Shown: positions 1-13,200, counted from the first letter of the stretch. The stretch is 64,000 bases of DNA from Octopus vulgaris (GCA_951406725.2 OX597815.1:53816001-53880000); one strand, 5' to 3'. Numbers and translations: made by a program. Notes: generated from the sequence alone by a model not told the origin.

Positions 1-255
1 TTGCAATGTTTCATCAAAAAGAAAAGTTACAAGTGTCACTAAATGCGACTAGGGTGTTAGGAAACAACTACATTGCTAGAAATGAGAGCTAAACCGATTG
101 TTACTTTTCGTACGAAAATGGTCCCTGTTAGTGCATATGTTTTCATTCATGTGCGTTAACTACAGCATTAGACCGGTTTAGCTCTTATTACTAGCACTGT
201 AGGTATTTCCTAATACCTAGTCGCATTTAGTGACACTTGTAATTCTCCTTTTTGG

Positions 256-590
256 AGTACTTATTCCATGGGACTCTTTTGCCGAACTACTAAGTTACGG
301 GGACGTAAACACACTAGCATCGGTTGTTAAGCGATGTTGGGTGGACAAACACAGACACACAAACATACACAAACACACACACACACACACACACATAAAT
401 ATATGTATGTATATATATATATATATACGACGGACTTCTTTCAGTTTCCGTCTACCAAATCCACTCACAAGGTTTTGGTCGGCCCGGGGCTATAGTAGAA
501 GACACTTGCCCAAGGTGCCACGCAGTGGGAGTGAACCCGGAGCAATGTGGTTCGTAAGCAAGCTACTTACCACACATCCACTCCTACGCC
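256..590 (-). mobile_element. tRNA-head CORE-type SINE
   Basis: Minus strand reads GGCGTAGGAGTGG..TGGTAAG (A box), CCGGGTTCACTCCC (B box), GGCACCTTGGGCAAGTG (CORE-like), with an internal (TA)/(TG) tract. Related copies at 41413, 41843 and 55793. Confidence 0.8.
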
Positions 591-863
591 TATATATATA
601 TATATAATACCGGAGTAAACACATAAATGTGAAACAAGGTGGAAAAAAGAGTATTCAAATACCAGTGGTAGAGTAATATGCTTTATTTAAAAGCAGCAGA
701 AATTCAACAAAACCTGTTACTCTGAGTTTCACGTTCCCGTGAAAATATAAATAATATATAAATATATGCATATATACATACATATATGTACATACCTACA
801 TATATATGTATATATACATGCATATATGGGTACAGGACATCAAAAAACGTGACAGTTTCGTCA

Positions 864-1180
864 AAGAAATATGTGGGTCTCACAGAGGGGAATTTTAAGG
901 CCAGGTTCAACAATCACACCTTGAGGTTCAGGTACTGGGATAAAAGAAAAACATCCAAATGATCCAATCATATATGGTCCTTAAATAATAAAGGTGTCGG
1001 TTACAACATCGATTGGAAGATCTTAGCCAAGTGTAAGCCTTACACCAACGGCAGTGGAAAGTGAGGTACTTGTGATATGGAAAGGTGGCTCATCTGGAAA
1101 AGCAGCTTAGACCTTGCTACATGTCTAAATTGAAGAACTGAACTTTTTAGATCATGTCCATATATGGCTAAATATTTGTT
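864..1180 (+). mobile_element. Penelope-like element, GIY-YIG endonuclease C-terminal relic
   Basis: Translates KKYVGLTEGNFKARFNNHT..SNHIWSL..IDWKILAKCKPY..K*GTCDME..LN*RTELFRSCPH with in-frame stops, typical of a PLE GIY-YIG tail. Confidence 0.75.
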
Positions 1181-1424
1181 ACGTTTATGTAGGTGTACAT
1201 GCATGTGTTTCACGCGAGTGTGAGTGAGCATATGCATATGTATAGCATGTGCGTTTTTAAACGTGTATTTGAATATAATTGTGCGCGTATGGGTATGTGC
1301 ACGCGTGTGTGTGTGCGTTTGTGCGGATAAGTATATATGTACATCGTGTGTGTGTGTGTGCGTGCGTGTATGCGGGTATGTATATATGCACATGTATATG
1401 TACATGAGTATGGTTGTATGTATG

Positions 1425-1455
<31 letters not shown>

Positions 1456-1559
1456 CTGTGTGCTTGTGTTTGTCTGAACCCATCTTCAGAACCGGTGTCG
1501 GTTTCTTTAGGTCCCCGTTATAAAATTTATTCTTATGAATTTATTATAGGTTCTAATTC

Positions 1560-2080
1560 GAATGAGATGAAGTTGCTATTTCTAGTAGATCAAGCAACCA
1601 GGCAGAGGCTCCAGGGTTAAGAACTGAAAGATTTGTGAATTTAATCCTTCAGATTTTAAATCAACGCTTTTATAGCTTATGGCTAAATCGGGAAAGTATT
1701 CAGTGACAGCGAACCAAATTTTTCCATAGACGCCAATATAAAGTTGTGTGAAAGGAGCCCCATTTACCATCGATTATGAGATATTTGACATAATCAAGTT
1801 ATATCAAATATCTGAGTGATATTTACAACAAGAATGGAAAAGAGTCTGGATATATTGATCTTTCACTTACATACAAAGCATAGACTATTCCTATATCACC
1901 ATGGTCAAAGGCATTTAAGCCTCGACTATCCCATCTCATTTTAAGATATAGTGCGTATAAGACATTTTATATTGTCACCTTTGATGAAACAGTAGAGCGT
2001 GATTTCATTTATATTTGGCTATAATTTCAAGCAACTCAAGCAACCACCTATCATAGAGGTTAATGAGATTTGATGTCTTC
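1560..2080 (-). mobile_element. Highly degraded LINE (CR1-like) RT relic
   Basis: Only faint motif remnants (LNAFDHGD resembling KAFDKV.H) among many stops. Confidence 0.3.
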
Positions 2081-2551
2081 TCTGAATTTGCAGTTAGTGT
2101 TTTGTTTTGTAACCCTACTTCAGCAATGAATAAGCGAATCTGTAATCAAAGGCATTACAGCCGTAAACAACCTGTTTTGTATAACATCATTGTGTATCTA
2201 AGACTAAGAGAATGAGGTGTCGTTTGAGGGAAATTTGGCTGTTATTTACAGTATAAGAAACGACCACGAAGAGTTACTTTTACAGTGCTAATAAAATAAA
2301 TTGCTTTCATAAGGAACAGAAACCATCCATGGGATTCAGCTTTCAGAGGGCATACCTTTTATTTCCAGAAAATTTATCATATTGCTCGGTACTGATTTAG
2401 CCGAGAAAATCAATAAAACGAAATATCTGGGATTCGGAGAAGTGCTGTCATGACACGTCGCGTTTCTTCAGGGGAGCTTATCTTGCACCAGAAGTGAACA
2501 AAGACGATTTGATCCGGAGAAAGAGAAAGAGAGAGATAAATAGAGAGATAA

Positions 2552-2861
2552 ATAGGCTTCAAGGCTGCAGCAAAAAAACTTTTTGCTCTTAGAAGTCATC
2601 AGACGTGTTTAAAACAACATGTATTACAAAGTTTCTTTTTCTTGTTAAACACCTCTCATACACATTTGATGATTGTTATAATGATAGCTATTTTTTATAG
2701 ACATGAAATTGAAACTTCGCACGAGCTTACTACAATTTCTATAACTCAAAGATATGTTTCTCTACTATAATGTTTTCATTCAGACAACATAATATCTCGA
2801 AAAAAAAAAGAACCACATGTAAGCAAGAATCTCGAATTTTCAACTGTCATCATATTAGAAC

Positions 2862-2908
<47 letters not shown>

Positions 2909-2923
2909 TACACTGTTCAAAGA
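2552..2923. repeat. Copy 1 of a ~315-bp near-identical direct repeat
   Basis: ataggcttcaaggctgcagc...catattagaacgact matches 4908-5227 except for A/T-run differences. gttcaaaga resumes after a (TA)n insertion. Confidence 0.9.
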
Positions 2924-3779
2924 GAGAGAGGAGAAGCTGTGATGGTACTGGACTTGTACTTTATTTATCATCCTGGAAAGGATAAAAGGTATAGTTTTAT
3001 AACGGTAGGTTTTGAAATCAGTGTGCAAAAGCACAGAAAGAATATCGCCTGCTAGTTCGCCGCATTATGGCACCAGTAATAGTAATCTACTATCCATAAA
3101 GGTTTCAATCCTTTCAATAATCTTAAAAAAGAAAACTGTGTTGTGGTGATTATTATTACTTTGAATCAAGGTCCTAAGCCTGAGATTATTCCTGTTATTT
3201 GTAATTTATAACTTTGACAATTTACCATATCACTCACCTTACTGTCCAATATAAAATATTAGCAACAAAAAAAGAAAAAAAAACACAATTCAAAAACATT
3301 CAAAAGCTTTATTTATTTTATTTATTAATGTTCAATAAATGGAATATTTAAAATAACGTCATGTTCCTTCAAACTCTGCTAAATAGCATGAGTGTTAAGA
3401 AACTACATCACGTCACATTTAATCCAGAAGAGATATATCCATCTTCTTTGCTATTATACTTATATATTCTTTGTCATATTCACAGTTATTCTTCCAGAAA
3501 ATGCCATAAATCAGAGTAGTATACGTCCCCTACTCAATTTTTGGAGATGGCAGATACATGTAATTTATTTTGTTTTGGAATGTTGTTCAATTGTATGCGT
3601 TACACAGCCTACATAAATAATATTTACATTCTCATTCTCGAGTGCAATCACATTTTCACTAATATCGTTGCAATCACATATTCACTAATATCATTACCAA
3701 GTATCAGAAAACATACAATTCAGAAAGCGTAGGAGTAGTGAGTAGGTGAACAGATGTCAATTTTAATTTTCGTGCTATT

Positions 3780-3781
<2 letters not shown>

Positions 3782-3828
<47 letters not shown>

Positions 3829-4080
3829 TATATACATATATATACATACATATATATATATATACACATATATATACATACATATATATACATATATTTA
3901 CATACATATATATATATACATATATATATACATACATATACATTCATACGCATACATGCATATATGTACATACATATGTATACATACATATACATACATA
4001 TATATATATAAGCACGAAAAAATCTTTCCCAAAATATCTTTAAGCATACATTTGCACATTATCTTATAATAAAAGCAAGT

Positions 4081-4117
<37 letters not shown>

Positions 4118-4118
4118 C

Positions 4119-4150
<32 letters not shown>

Positions 4151-4177
4151 GCAACAACAACAACAATAATAAAAATA
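3782..4177. repeat. (TA)n/(TACA)n compound microsatellite followed by (AAT)n/(AAC)n
   Basis: Seen directly. Confidence 0.95.
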
Positions 4178-4794
4178 ATGGTTTTTAAAATACCTTCTTT
4201 CGCATGTTTAAGCTATTCTAGATGCATTGCTTAAAGGATATATGCATGTAATCCAACCTCTTCAACCAGCTCTGCTGCCTCCGGCCTTTGAAGTTGTAAT
4301 AAGGAAGGTAGACAAATACAAGTCGGCTCAATGCATATATTTACATGGAGTACAAAATACCGAGTAGGAGAAGAAGACATAAAACAAATGAAACGTGTTA
4401 TGTAATAGCGTTATCTTGAGAGTTGTTTCGAGAGAACTACCCTTATACCATAACTACGTTCATATGTAAGAAAACACATGTTGTCATAGGTGTCGATAAT
4501 AACATAACACGTTAGGCAGACCAGCAAACCAGGTGCCATCTTTTTCCAATAAGGGTAACCAGGTTTGAGTAACGGTTCCATGAAAACTTTTGTTGTTATA
4601 TACACCTTCGACATCATGGGTCCTTATGACGTATTAACGTGGTTACAGTATGAGCCTTGGTGCTCCTGAAGCAGGTGCGAAGATAAGACTATCACATAAC
4701 TTGTTTCGCCTAATATATTTCTTTCATCTTTACTCCGTATTTTGTAGTCCATGTAAACATATGCATTAAGCCTACTTGTATTTAACTGCCTTTC

Positions 4795-4864
<70 letters not shown>

Positions 4865-4869
<5 letters not shown>

Positions 4870-5236
4870 GCTTAGTTAAATCATTATTTCATTATTTTTT
4901 CATGAATATAGGCTTCAAGGCTGCAGCAAAAAAAATTTTGCTCTTAGAAGTCATCAGACGTGTTTAAAACAACATGTATTACAAAGTTTCTTTTTCTTGT
5001 TAAACACCTCTCATACACATTTGATGATTGTTATAATGATAGCTATTTTTTATAGACATGAAATTGAAACTTCGCACGAGCTTACTACAATTTCTATAAC
5101 TCAAAGATATGTTTCTCTACTATAATGTTTTCATTCAGACAACATAATATCTCGAAAAAAAAAAAAAAAAAGAACCACATGTAAGCAAGAAACTCGAATT
5201 TTCAACTGTCATCATATTAGAACGACTGTTCAAAGA
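4865..5236. repeat. Copy 2 of the ~315-bp direct repeat, possibly a MITE-like element
   Basis: Same sequence as 2552-2865. It is preceded by TATTAGG after (TA)n, reminiscent of a mariner-type terminus, but no partner TIR was found. Confidence 0.75.
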
Positions 5237-6777
5237 CGAAAATGAAGGAGCAACAAGCAGGTGTATTATATTAACGCTCGGGAAGAATGGAAAAGTCTTT
5301 GACATTTCGAGCATACGCTCTTCGACAGAAAGGATTAAGAGAGAAAAAATGCGGAGAGAGAACGAAAAAAAAAAACAAAAAAACAGAAAGACAAAAATGT
5401 GTAGGGATTAACGTTTCAGCATGATGAAATAGCCGGAAGAAAGAGGCTGTCATATATACTATAATATAATATAGTATAATGTAATATAATATATTATAAT
5501 ACATAAATATGCACGTAGTTGCATCGTAGTATTTACGTATAATATTACTATATATCTATTATTTTATATAATGTTCAACAGGCCTCTTAGTTACATTATT
5601 TTAATGGTAAATGGACAATATTAGAAAATAACGTAAATATAAAACACCTTAAAAGGAACGTAAAAAAAATGTGAAAGTTAACAACAGCTCGAAATGAATA
5701 TTAGAAGCATCTCAAGAACATTATAATCTCTTGATGACATCAATGGCATTAATGCTTTTATGAATTTTAGTTTACAATTCAATTTTAAAGCTTTCTGTTA
5801 TTTTGGAAAATCCAGGATATAGTGTCTATAATGAATGTAAGTTATTGTGTTGTAATTTCAATCGACACAGCAGCAAGACTGTGTCCTTTATTTTACCTCA
5901 TCTTCGTACGATCAAATCAGGAATTTCGAGTAGTTGCAGAGAAGCATTTCTTCAAGTGCTCTGTGTACTCGAATGGTAAAAAAATGATACTAGTTGTGCT
6001 TCTGCTACAATGTAAAAAACATTGTGTGCAGGAATAGGATGTATAATAACAATAAAGAACAAAAACAAATGTATTTGACTGTGTCCACCTTGCCCATTTC
6101 TACGCTTGTAGAAATCACTCTCAATCACCCTCAATCAGAGATACAAACGGACGACAGAGACCTCTACAGAACAGTCAACCGGCTCGGAATAATATCCAAA
6201 TCTTCCTCAAATGATACCCTTCCCGTTTCTAAAAGTAGAAGGTAAACATTAGATAACATAGTCCTCGATACTCCACCTGGAATAAAGACTTGTTGGTCAT
6301 GGCTGGAATATGCTTGACTTCAGCTTAAACAGCAAAAGAAGTAAGGGTACAGAAACAGACTCCATCATAGGTGCATGTTGAATTGCGCAGCATGACGGTT
6401 AACTAGATGGTACTATAGTATATCTGGAATAACAGATTCGTGGGTCGAATATGATCTTACAGCGAAAGATCTGCATAGGTCTAAGTATTCAGAGATGCAC
6501 CTCTGATCTTCAATAACATGAACAACGACAATAATCACAATTCCCCCTCCATCTCTTTCCTCTCTGTTGAATTGCCGGTATATAATGGTCTCCTTCCGCA
6601 TGGGATCCCGACTACTCTTTAATTACCATGGAATTGTTTATAGATAATAGTAGTCTTAGAAATGAACTAGCTTCATGAAAACAATCGTTATATGCTTTTA
6701 AACAGTCGGATATTTGACAGTTAAGAATAATAGACCTTATTTTCGACCATACACTCACAACAGGGGATATCATATTT

Positions 6778-6803
6778 ATATATATGTGTGTGTATATACA
6801 TAC

Positions 6804-6837
<34 letters not shown>

Positions 6838-6839
6838 GT

Positions 6840-6871
<32 letters not shown>

Positions 6872-6873
6872 GT

Positions 6874-6905
<32 letters not shown>

Positions 6906-6907
6906 GT

Positions 6908-6939
<32 letters not shown>

Positions 6940-7301
6940 GTATACATACATACATACATATATATATATATATATGTATACATACATACATACATATATA
7001 TATATATGTATGTATAAATACATACATACATATATATATATATATAAGTATACATACATACATATATATATATGTATACATACATACATACATATATATA
7101 TATGTATACATACATACATACATATATATATATGTATACATACATACATATATATATATATGTATACATACATACATACATATATATATATATGTATACA
7201 TACATATATATATATGTATACATACATATATATATATATGTATACATACATACATACATATATATATGTATACATACATACATACATATATATATGTATA
7301 C

Positions 7302-7350
<49 letters not shown>

Positions 7351-7385
7351 TATACATACACACACACATATACATACACAAATGT
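6778..7385. repeat. Compound minisatellite of TGTA-(TACA)n-(TA)n units
   Basis: About 20 variable units of ~20-35 bp, and the source of the Y/I/H/T-rich ORFs in the track. Confidence 0.95.
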
Positions 7386-7657
7386 GTGTGTGTTTGCACG
7401 AGCAAATATACAAGTGATTATATAAATGCAAAATTTTAAGTATTTACAAAGAAATGTCTGTTTACATTTGTTTGAGCACTTTTTGATTATTGTAATGCCA
7501 TTTCTTTTCATATGGTGCAATGCAATAAATATGATGCTAGAGTAATTCATATATATATATGCATGTGTGTGTTTGAGCATGTATGCTTGTATGTATGAAT
7601 ATATATATATATATGTATGTATGTATGTATGTACGTACGCATGTCTGCTTGTGAGTA

Positions 7658-7716
<59 letters not shown>

Positions 7717-8252
7717 GTATGTGTGTGTGTGTGTGTGAGTGCGTGTGTAACTGCAGGAATAAATAGTTAAATAAATAGATAAATTTTTGACAATAAAGAT
7801 TTGTATTAATCTATGATGCTTGAATCATTGGCTTCTGTCTTTTAGAAGTAAATGGTACTGCTTCTACAATCTCATCCAAAGTTCATCATCATTATCAACA
7901 TCACCATCACCATCGCCTTACATATCACCACCGCCACCAACATCATCATTATCATAATCATCATTAACAAACAACTGATTTTCTTGTTGCTTATTTTTAA
8001 TGCTTACTTGCACTGCTCATTCGTGTACCTTGCTTATATGCAATGTATTATTTTGGTATTGCATCTTTTCATTGCAATGTGTCAACTTGTGTTATTTTCT
8101 GCATGTTGAACATATTTATTAATGCTGGCGTTTTGATTATGCATTTGCTTGAAGATTTTATATATTTTCCAAAACTTCTTTTGACATATTGTTTCTTCTT
8201 TCAAAATTATTATAATAATTATTAAATCATCATAATAAAAAAGAACAAAAGA

Positions 8253-8264
8253 CATCATCACCAC

Positions 8265-8354
<90 letters not shown>
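8253..8354. repeat. (CAT)n microsatellite
   Basis: Seen directly. Confidence 0.95.
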
Positions 8355-9630
8355 TACATGTGTGGCAACGACTAAGCAAAAAACCCTTTGTTTTGATTTT
8401 GAACTTTTCTTACATACTTTGTTGCAGAAGTGAATGCGAGTGCGAAAAAGAGTCATTTGAAAGTTCATATTTCAACAGAATGATGAAGGCAAAACGTTGT
8501 GTAACATTGAAAGTTGGAAGATTGGATCACGCATAAAAGAACCCGCCAATCTACCACAATTACAGTCACAAAACAATTAGTACTAAACTCCGAGCCATAA
8601 AAAACAAAAACAGCAACATAAATATTCAAAAGCTCTAAAAATGAAGGTTGTTGAAGTGATGGCGTATGTAGACCAAGATAAAGATATTGCAATGCAAGAT
8701 GATGGTGTCGGCGAGATTGTCTCAAGAGCAACATTCTCTAAATATTTGAATAATACAAATGCTAGCAGTTTACAAAAATTTGATGAATATGATTCCAGGT
8801 GTTGTGAAGAATTTTAAAGTGAAAGTAATCCACAAAATTCTGATAGGAACCTTTGGAAATCTCTGGAAACCGGATTACCCCAGCTATCGCAAATAAAAAG
8901 GATACCACCTTTACACCTTTTCGTCTAATGTGGCTACACTAAAACAAGCTTATATAAATTCACGTTAATCCTAAGCTGTGAAACAGCGTCGCTTGCTAAA
9001 CGTCCCCAGGTCGCTAGGTAGTTATCGTCAAAAACACCCAAAGTTATGGTGTCTACAAAACGGTTATTGAAAGGTCAAATCGAGAAGTTTAGGACGTTCT
9101 GACGTTCTGGCAGATGAACTTTATGTAAGCAAGCTGGGCTTGTTTGCTGATATTTTGGCAGCTGAGAGGAAAACTGTTTCGTATTTCTGGTGGAAATGAC
9201 GAAAGTGGTTTTGTGCTGAACATAACTAAAAATACTTCCCTTTCCTCTTCGACTAATCCTCTACTAATTTCTTCATGCTTTAATTCAAGAGGAAAGTGAT
9301 AACAGGGAGTAACGAGCTGTACTTCCTTTCTAGTATATTTACTGAAAGATAAAAGGAAGTCGAGGTTATGACCTATGTGAATAGGCTTACTCTTAGCATT
9401 CGTCTGTAAGTTGAAGAACAATAGCCGAGAGAAAGCATTTGACTTTGATATTAAGTGTAATCCGGCACCTGTGGGATTCCCCTGATTCATCCTACCGACG
9501 ATTTTTCCTTTTATTGGTGTTTTCTCATACATGCTTCTCTAAAAGACTTTCTCTCACTTAATTTGTCCCTATACTGTTCCTCGATTCATCGCCCATTTGA
9601 TAAATAAATAAATGATAATGACTAATACTG

Positions 9631-9681
<51 letters not shown>

Positions 9682-10141
9682 GTGTATATGTACATGGAAT
9701 GTTAATATATTTATGATATAATTCTAACAATAAGAATATCTTTGCAAATAATGTAGCGTTGATTGCAATAAAATAATATTACTACTGTCGGCATAAAGCC
9801 AGGAATTTGGGATCAGGGTGTTTAATCGGTTAAATCGACCTCGATATTTGCCTGTTATATTTTATCGAGTTGAGAGGGATGAAAAGCAAAGTTAACCTCG
9901 GCGAGATTTAAACTCAGAACGTAGAGTTGAGCACTTAAATACCGCAAGGGTTCAACGTGTCTGCCAACCCACCACACAATAATTACATAAATATATAATA
10001 AGCAATAACAACAGCGACGACGATGACGACGACGACAGTGATGATGATGATGATGATGACGACGTCGACGACGATGATGATGATGATGGGGGCGATGGGA
10101 TGACAAACGAGGACGTGGAAGAGGACGACGACGACGACGAC

Positions 10142-10172
<31 letters not shown>

Positions 10173-10178
10173 GTGATG
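9631..10178. repeat. (CTA)n, a degraded SINE copy (~9790-9975, minus) and (GAT/GAC)n just downstream of the ABHD8 stop
   Basis: Simple repeats seen directly. The SINE core gatgaaaagcaaagttaacctcggcgagatttaaactc matches the 30142 family. Confidence 0.8.
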
Positions 10179-10263
10179 ATAAGCTGATAATAATATTAAG
10201 TAAAAACGCTTGCGAAGACAAGCAACTTGTTCTAAGATTTCAATTGCAGGTTTCTTTTGACAC

Positions 10264-13200
10264 TCAGAGTACGTTCATATGAAAAGATTTCAATCTTGGC
10301 AAACCGTCATTAGTTGTTATTGGTTTTATTGAACATTCTACTGCAGAGGTACTCGCAGTAATGGCTGCAGTCACTTTTACATCATCGAATTTGACCTTGT
10401 TTTCAGGATTGTTGATCAAATTATTGTCATTGTCTGTTTCGAGAACATTTTCTTCTCTCAAAGAGAGTGTTTGACATTGTATTATGTCAGTTGTGTCCTC
10501 ATTATTATTGGATGATGATATGGCTTGGCACTTTGGAGAAACCGAGTTGTTGAGGCTACTGTCAAAGGAAGGTTTATGTTTTCGATGTGTAATGTTTGAG
10601 TTATCGACATCCGTAAGAGAATGACTCGCGATATGAGTAGAGGGTGAAGTAGGACTGGAATTATTTTTGCTTAAGTGGAACACGGTTCCTTCTGTTAGAA
10701 GTATCTCTGTAGTTTCAATCTCTAGTTGTGACTGAGTGTCTTCAGAATCTAATGTTTGTAGTTTGCTGCTAGCTAATGTATTTTCACTGAGGTTTAATTG
10801 ATTACACGTTGAGTGTAAAACCGAAGTAGTAGAATTGGATGATTGCTGATTTGTGAAAGATTCGTATTTTGATATTAGATTTGAGTCGTGTGTCATTGAT
10901 GAATCTGGTTCGTGACTTTTTACGCTAATTTCCTCGAGGTTAAACTGATCACTATACATGTCAGTATCTGAATCAACTACATTGCTATTATCGTCGAAAA
11001 CAAACCTCTGGCCTAATATATCCGAAGTCAGTGAATTATCTGCTGCACTTACCATATCATCTGTATCAATAACAAAAGACTGACTACAAAGATCGTTTGT
11101 CTGAGAATTTGTTGGAGATTCGGGAAAATGCTCGTAGCAAGATTCAAAGCATATATCGGAACTGGAATCAGATTCTGATTCAGGAGGTTTTGAGTCCGAT
11201 TTTTTAGTCATTGATTTATTGTCAATATTTTGGATTGTTTCAGCTTGACTAGATTCAGAGATGATTTCAGATCGCCTGTGTTCATTGGCTTTTTTGTCTA
11301 AATGTGCCTTTCTGTTTCGTCTTTTATCACCTTCGAAAATATCTTGCTGCACTTGAGATGAAATTTGTTTTTGCGAATCAGATTGTGTATGGGCACCTAG
11401 AATCTTTTCAAAATGTCGTTCTGCCCATCTGTTGAGGTCTGTATTGCTGAGATGTGGTATCTCATCTACTTCACAAATTTCAGAACAATCAGTACTTGCG
11501 TCTTGTAGTTTCTGTCTTGGACTTTTAGCTTCCATAAATTCAATTCCTTCCTTCTTGTTATGTACATCTGGATTTAGTTCTGAATCATTTACATTTTCCA
11601 TTTCTTTGTTGTCACTGTCAATAACGTATGTTTGTTTATCTTGTATAATTAATTCATTTTTATCGGTTTCATCGATTACGTCTTTGAATTTAATATCAAC
11701 TTTATCCATGGCTCTTGTCTCTGTTGATTTCGAAGTAATACTTTCACAGTCTTCAGTCTCTTCCGGAAGGTCACCAATACTATGAGTATCTATTTGGTTT
11801 TCTTCATATTTTTGCAATTCAAGTTTATCTTCCTTAGAAACATTCCCTTGATGATTTGGTGAGTGTGCATCATTGGGTGAGCTAATTTGCAAATTCATGT
11901 TTAATATTCTATTATCAGCAAACGGTGTTTGCGTATCTGATGCTAGCGACCTATTTTTGTGTTCTAGCTTCGGATGGTCTTCACTGACTTTTGAAGAATT
12001 AAATGTATTTTCACCTGACAAACTATTTATCTGGAAAGAATTACGTCTTGATCCAGAGTTCAAATTGGAATTCATTTCAGAAATAATATTCACATGTTTT
12101 TCGGCCCAATTTTTGATACTAATATTACTTTCTGCAATTTTTACAGTTGAAGTAGGTTTATATTTTTTCTTGCTTTCATCATTATTTTGAGGGGAATCAA
12201 GTATAGGATTAGTTGTCACATTAGAAGTCATGCTGGAAATTTTTCGTGCATGTCTCTCTGCCCATTCACTCACACTAAGTTTATTTTGTATACATTGATG
12301 TTCTTGTTTTCTTTTTTCCATTCTCTTTCGTTCAACATCTGGTTCAGAAGCAATTGGCGAATTAGAAACCATGCTGGAAACTCTTCGAGCATGTCTCTCT
12401 GCCCATTCACTCACACTAAGTTTATTTTGTATACTTTGCTGTTCTTGTTTTCTTCCTTCTATTGTCTTTCGCTCGACATCTGGTTCAGAAGCAATTGGCG
12501 AATTAGAAGCCATGCTGGAAACTCTTCGAGCATGTCTCTCTGCCCACTCACTTACATTTAATGTTTTACTTGTATTATTTTCAAATTGAACATTGTTAAC
12601 ATTACCTAAAGTGTCAACAGGTATATTTCTAGAAGAAGCAATATCAGACTTTCCTTCTGAGATCAATTTTACATGTTTTTCTGCCCATTGACTTAATGGA
12701 AGTCTATTTTCAATTTTCTCGCTGTCGTTATCATCATTAGAGCTTTCGCAGTTATTGCGAGAATTACTTTTCACTGGAGTAACTGGCGGAGTTATGAATT
12801 CCGAAATCAATTTTAAATGCTTTTCTGCCCAATCTTTCAAACTCATTTGTTTTTCAGTTTTACTTTCTTTATCGCTTGTTAGGGAAGACGCTTTAGGGCT
12901 GATTTGTGGACTGCCTTCCGTGGAATTCACGCCACCTGGTAAAACAATTTCTGATATTGTCTGCAAATGACGTTCTGCCCATTCACTTACACTAAGACTT
13001 GTTTTGGACGGACTATTTGGTGTGTCTGTATAGGTCTTTTCTTGCTTAGGTTGAATTTTATTTGGCGATAATCTTATATCTTTTGATTCCTTTCTCGAAT
13101 TAATTCTTGGAAGTATGTTGCTGCCGGAGCTAGTTCGTGAGTTCTTGGACTCAGATAAAGGAGTTGATGAAAACTGCGGGCTTCTTAATCCAATTTTACT

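Noticed and set aside
1582-1770. APFTQLY looked like a Mutator transposase motif
   Set aside because: No supporting DDE context; neighbouring remnants fit a decayed LINE better.
2555-2615. CTGATGA followed by a hairpin on the minus strand (both duplicate copies)
   Set aside because: No GAAA box or cleavage triplet after the stem, so not a hammerhead.
3704-7770. Many long Y/I/H/T/M/C/V-rich ORFs in the track (also at 1040, 17658, 31955 and 58743)
   Set aside because: Translations of (TA)n/(TACA)n/(CA)n repeats that lack stops; open in several frames on both strands.
9089-9532. 147-aa minus-strand ORF after the ABHD8 stop
   Set aside because: No recognisable domain or convincing splice link; kept only as part of a low-interest unique block.
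12250-12996. LSVSEWAERH resembles the N-terminal LTVSEWAD motif of lambda-type terminase large subunits
   Set aside because: Short match only; no ATPase or nuclease motifs or phage context, so treated as coincidence.
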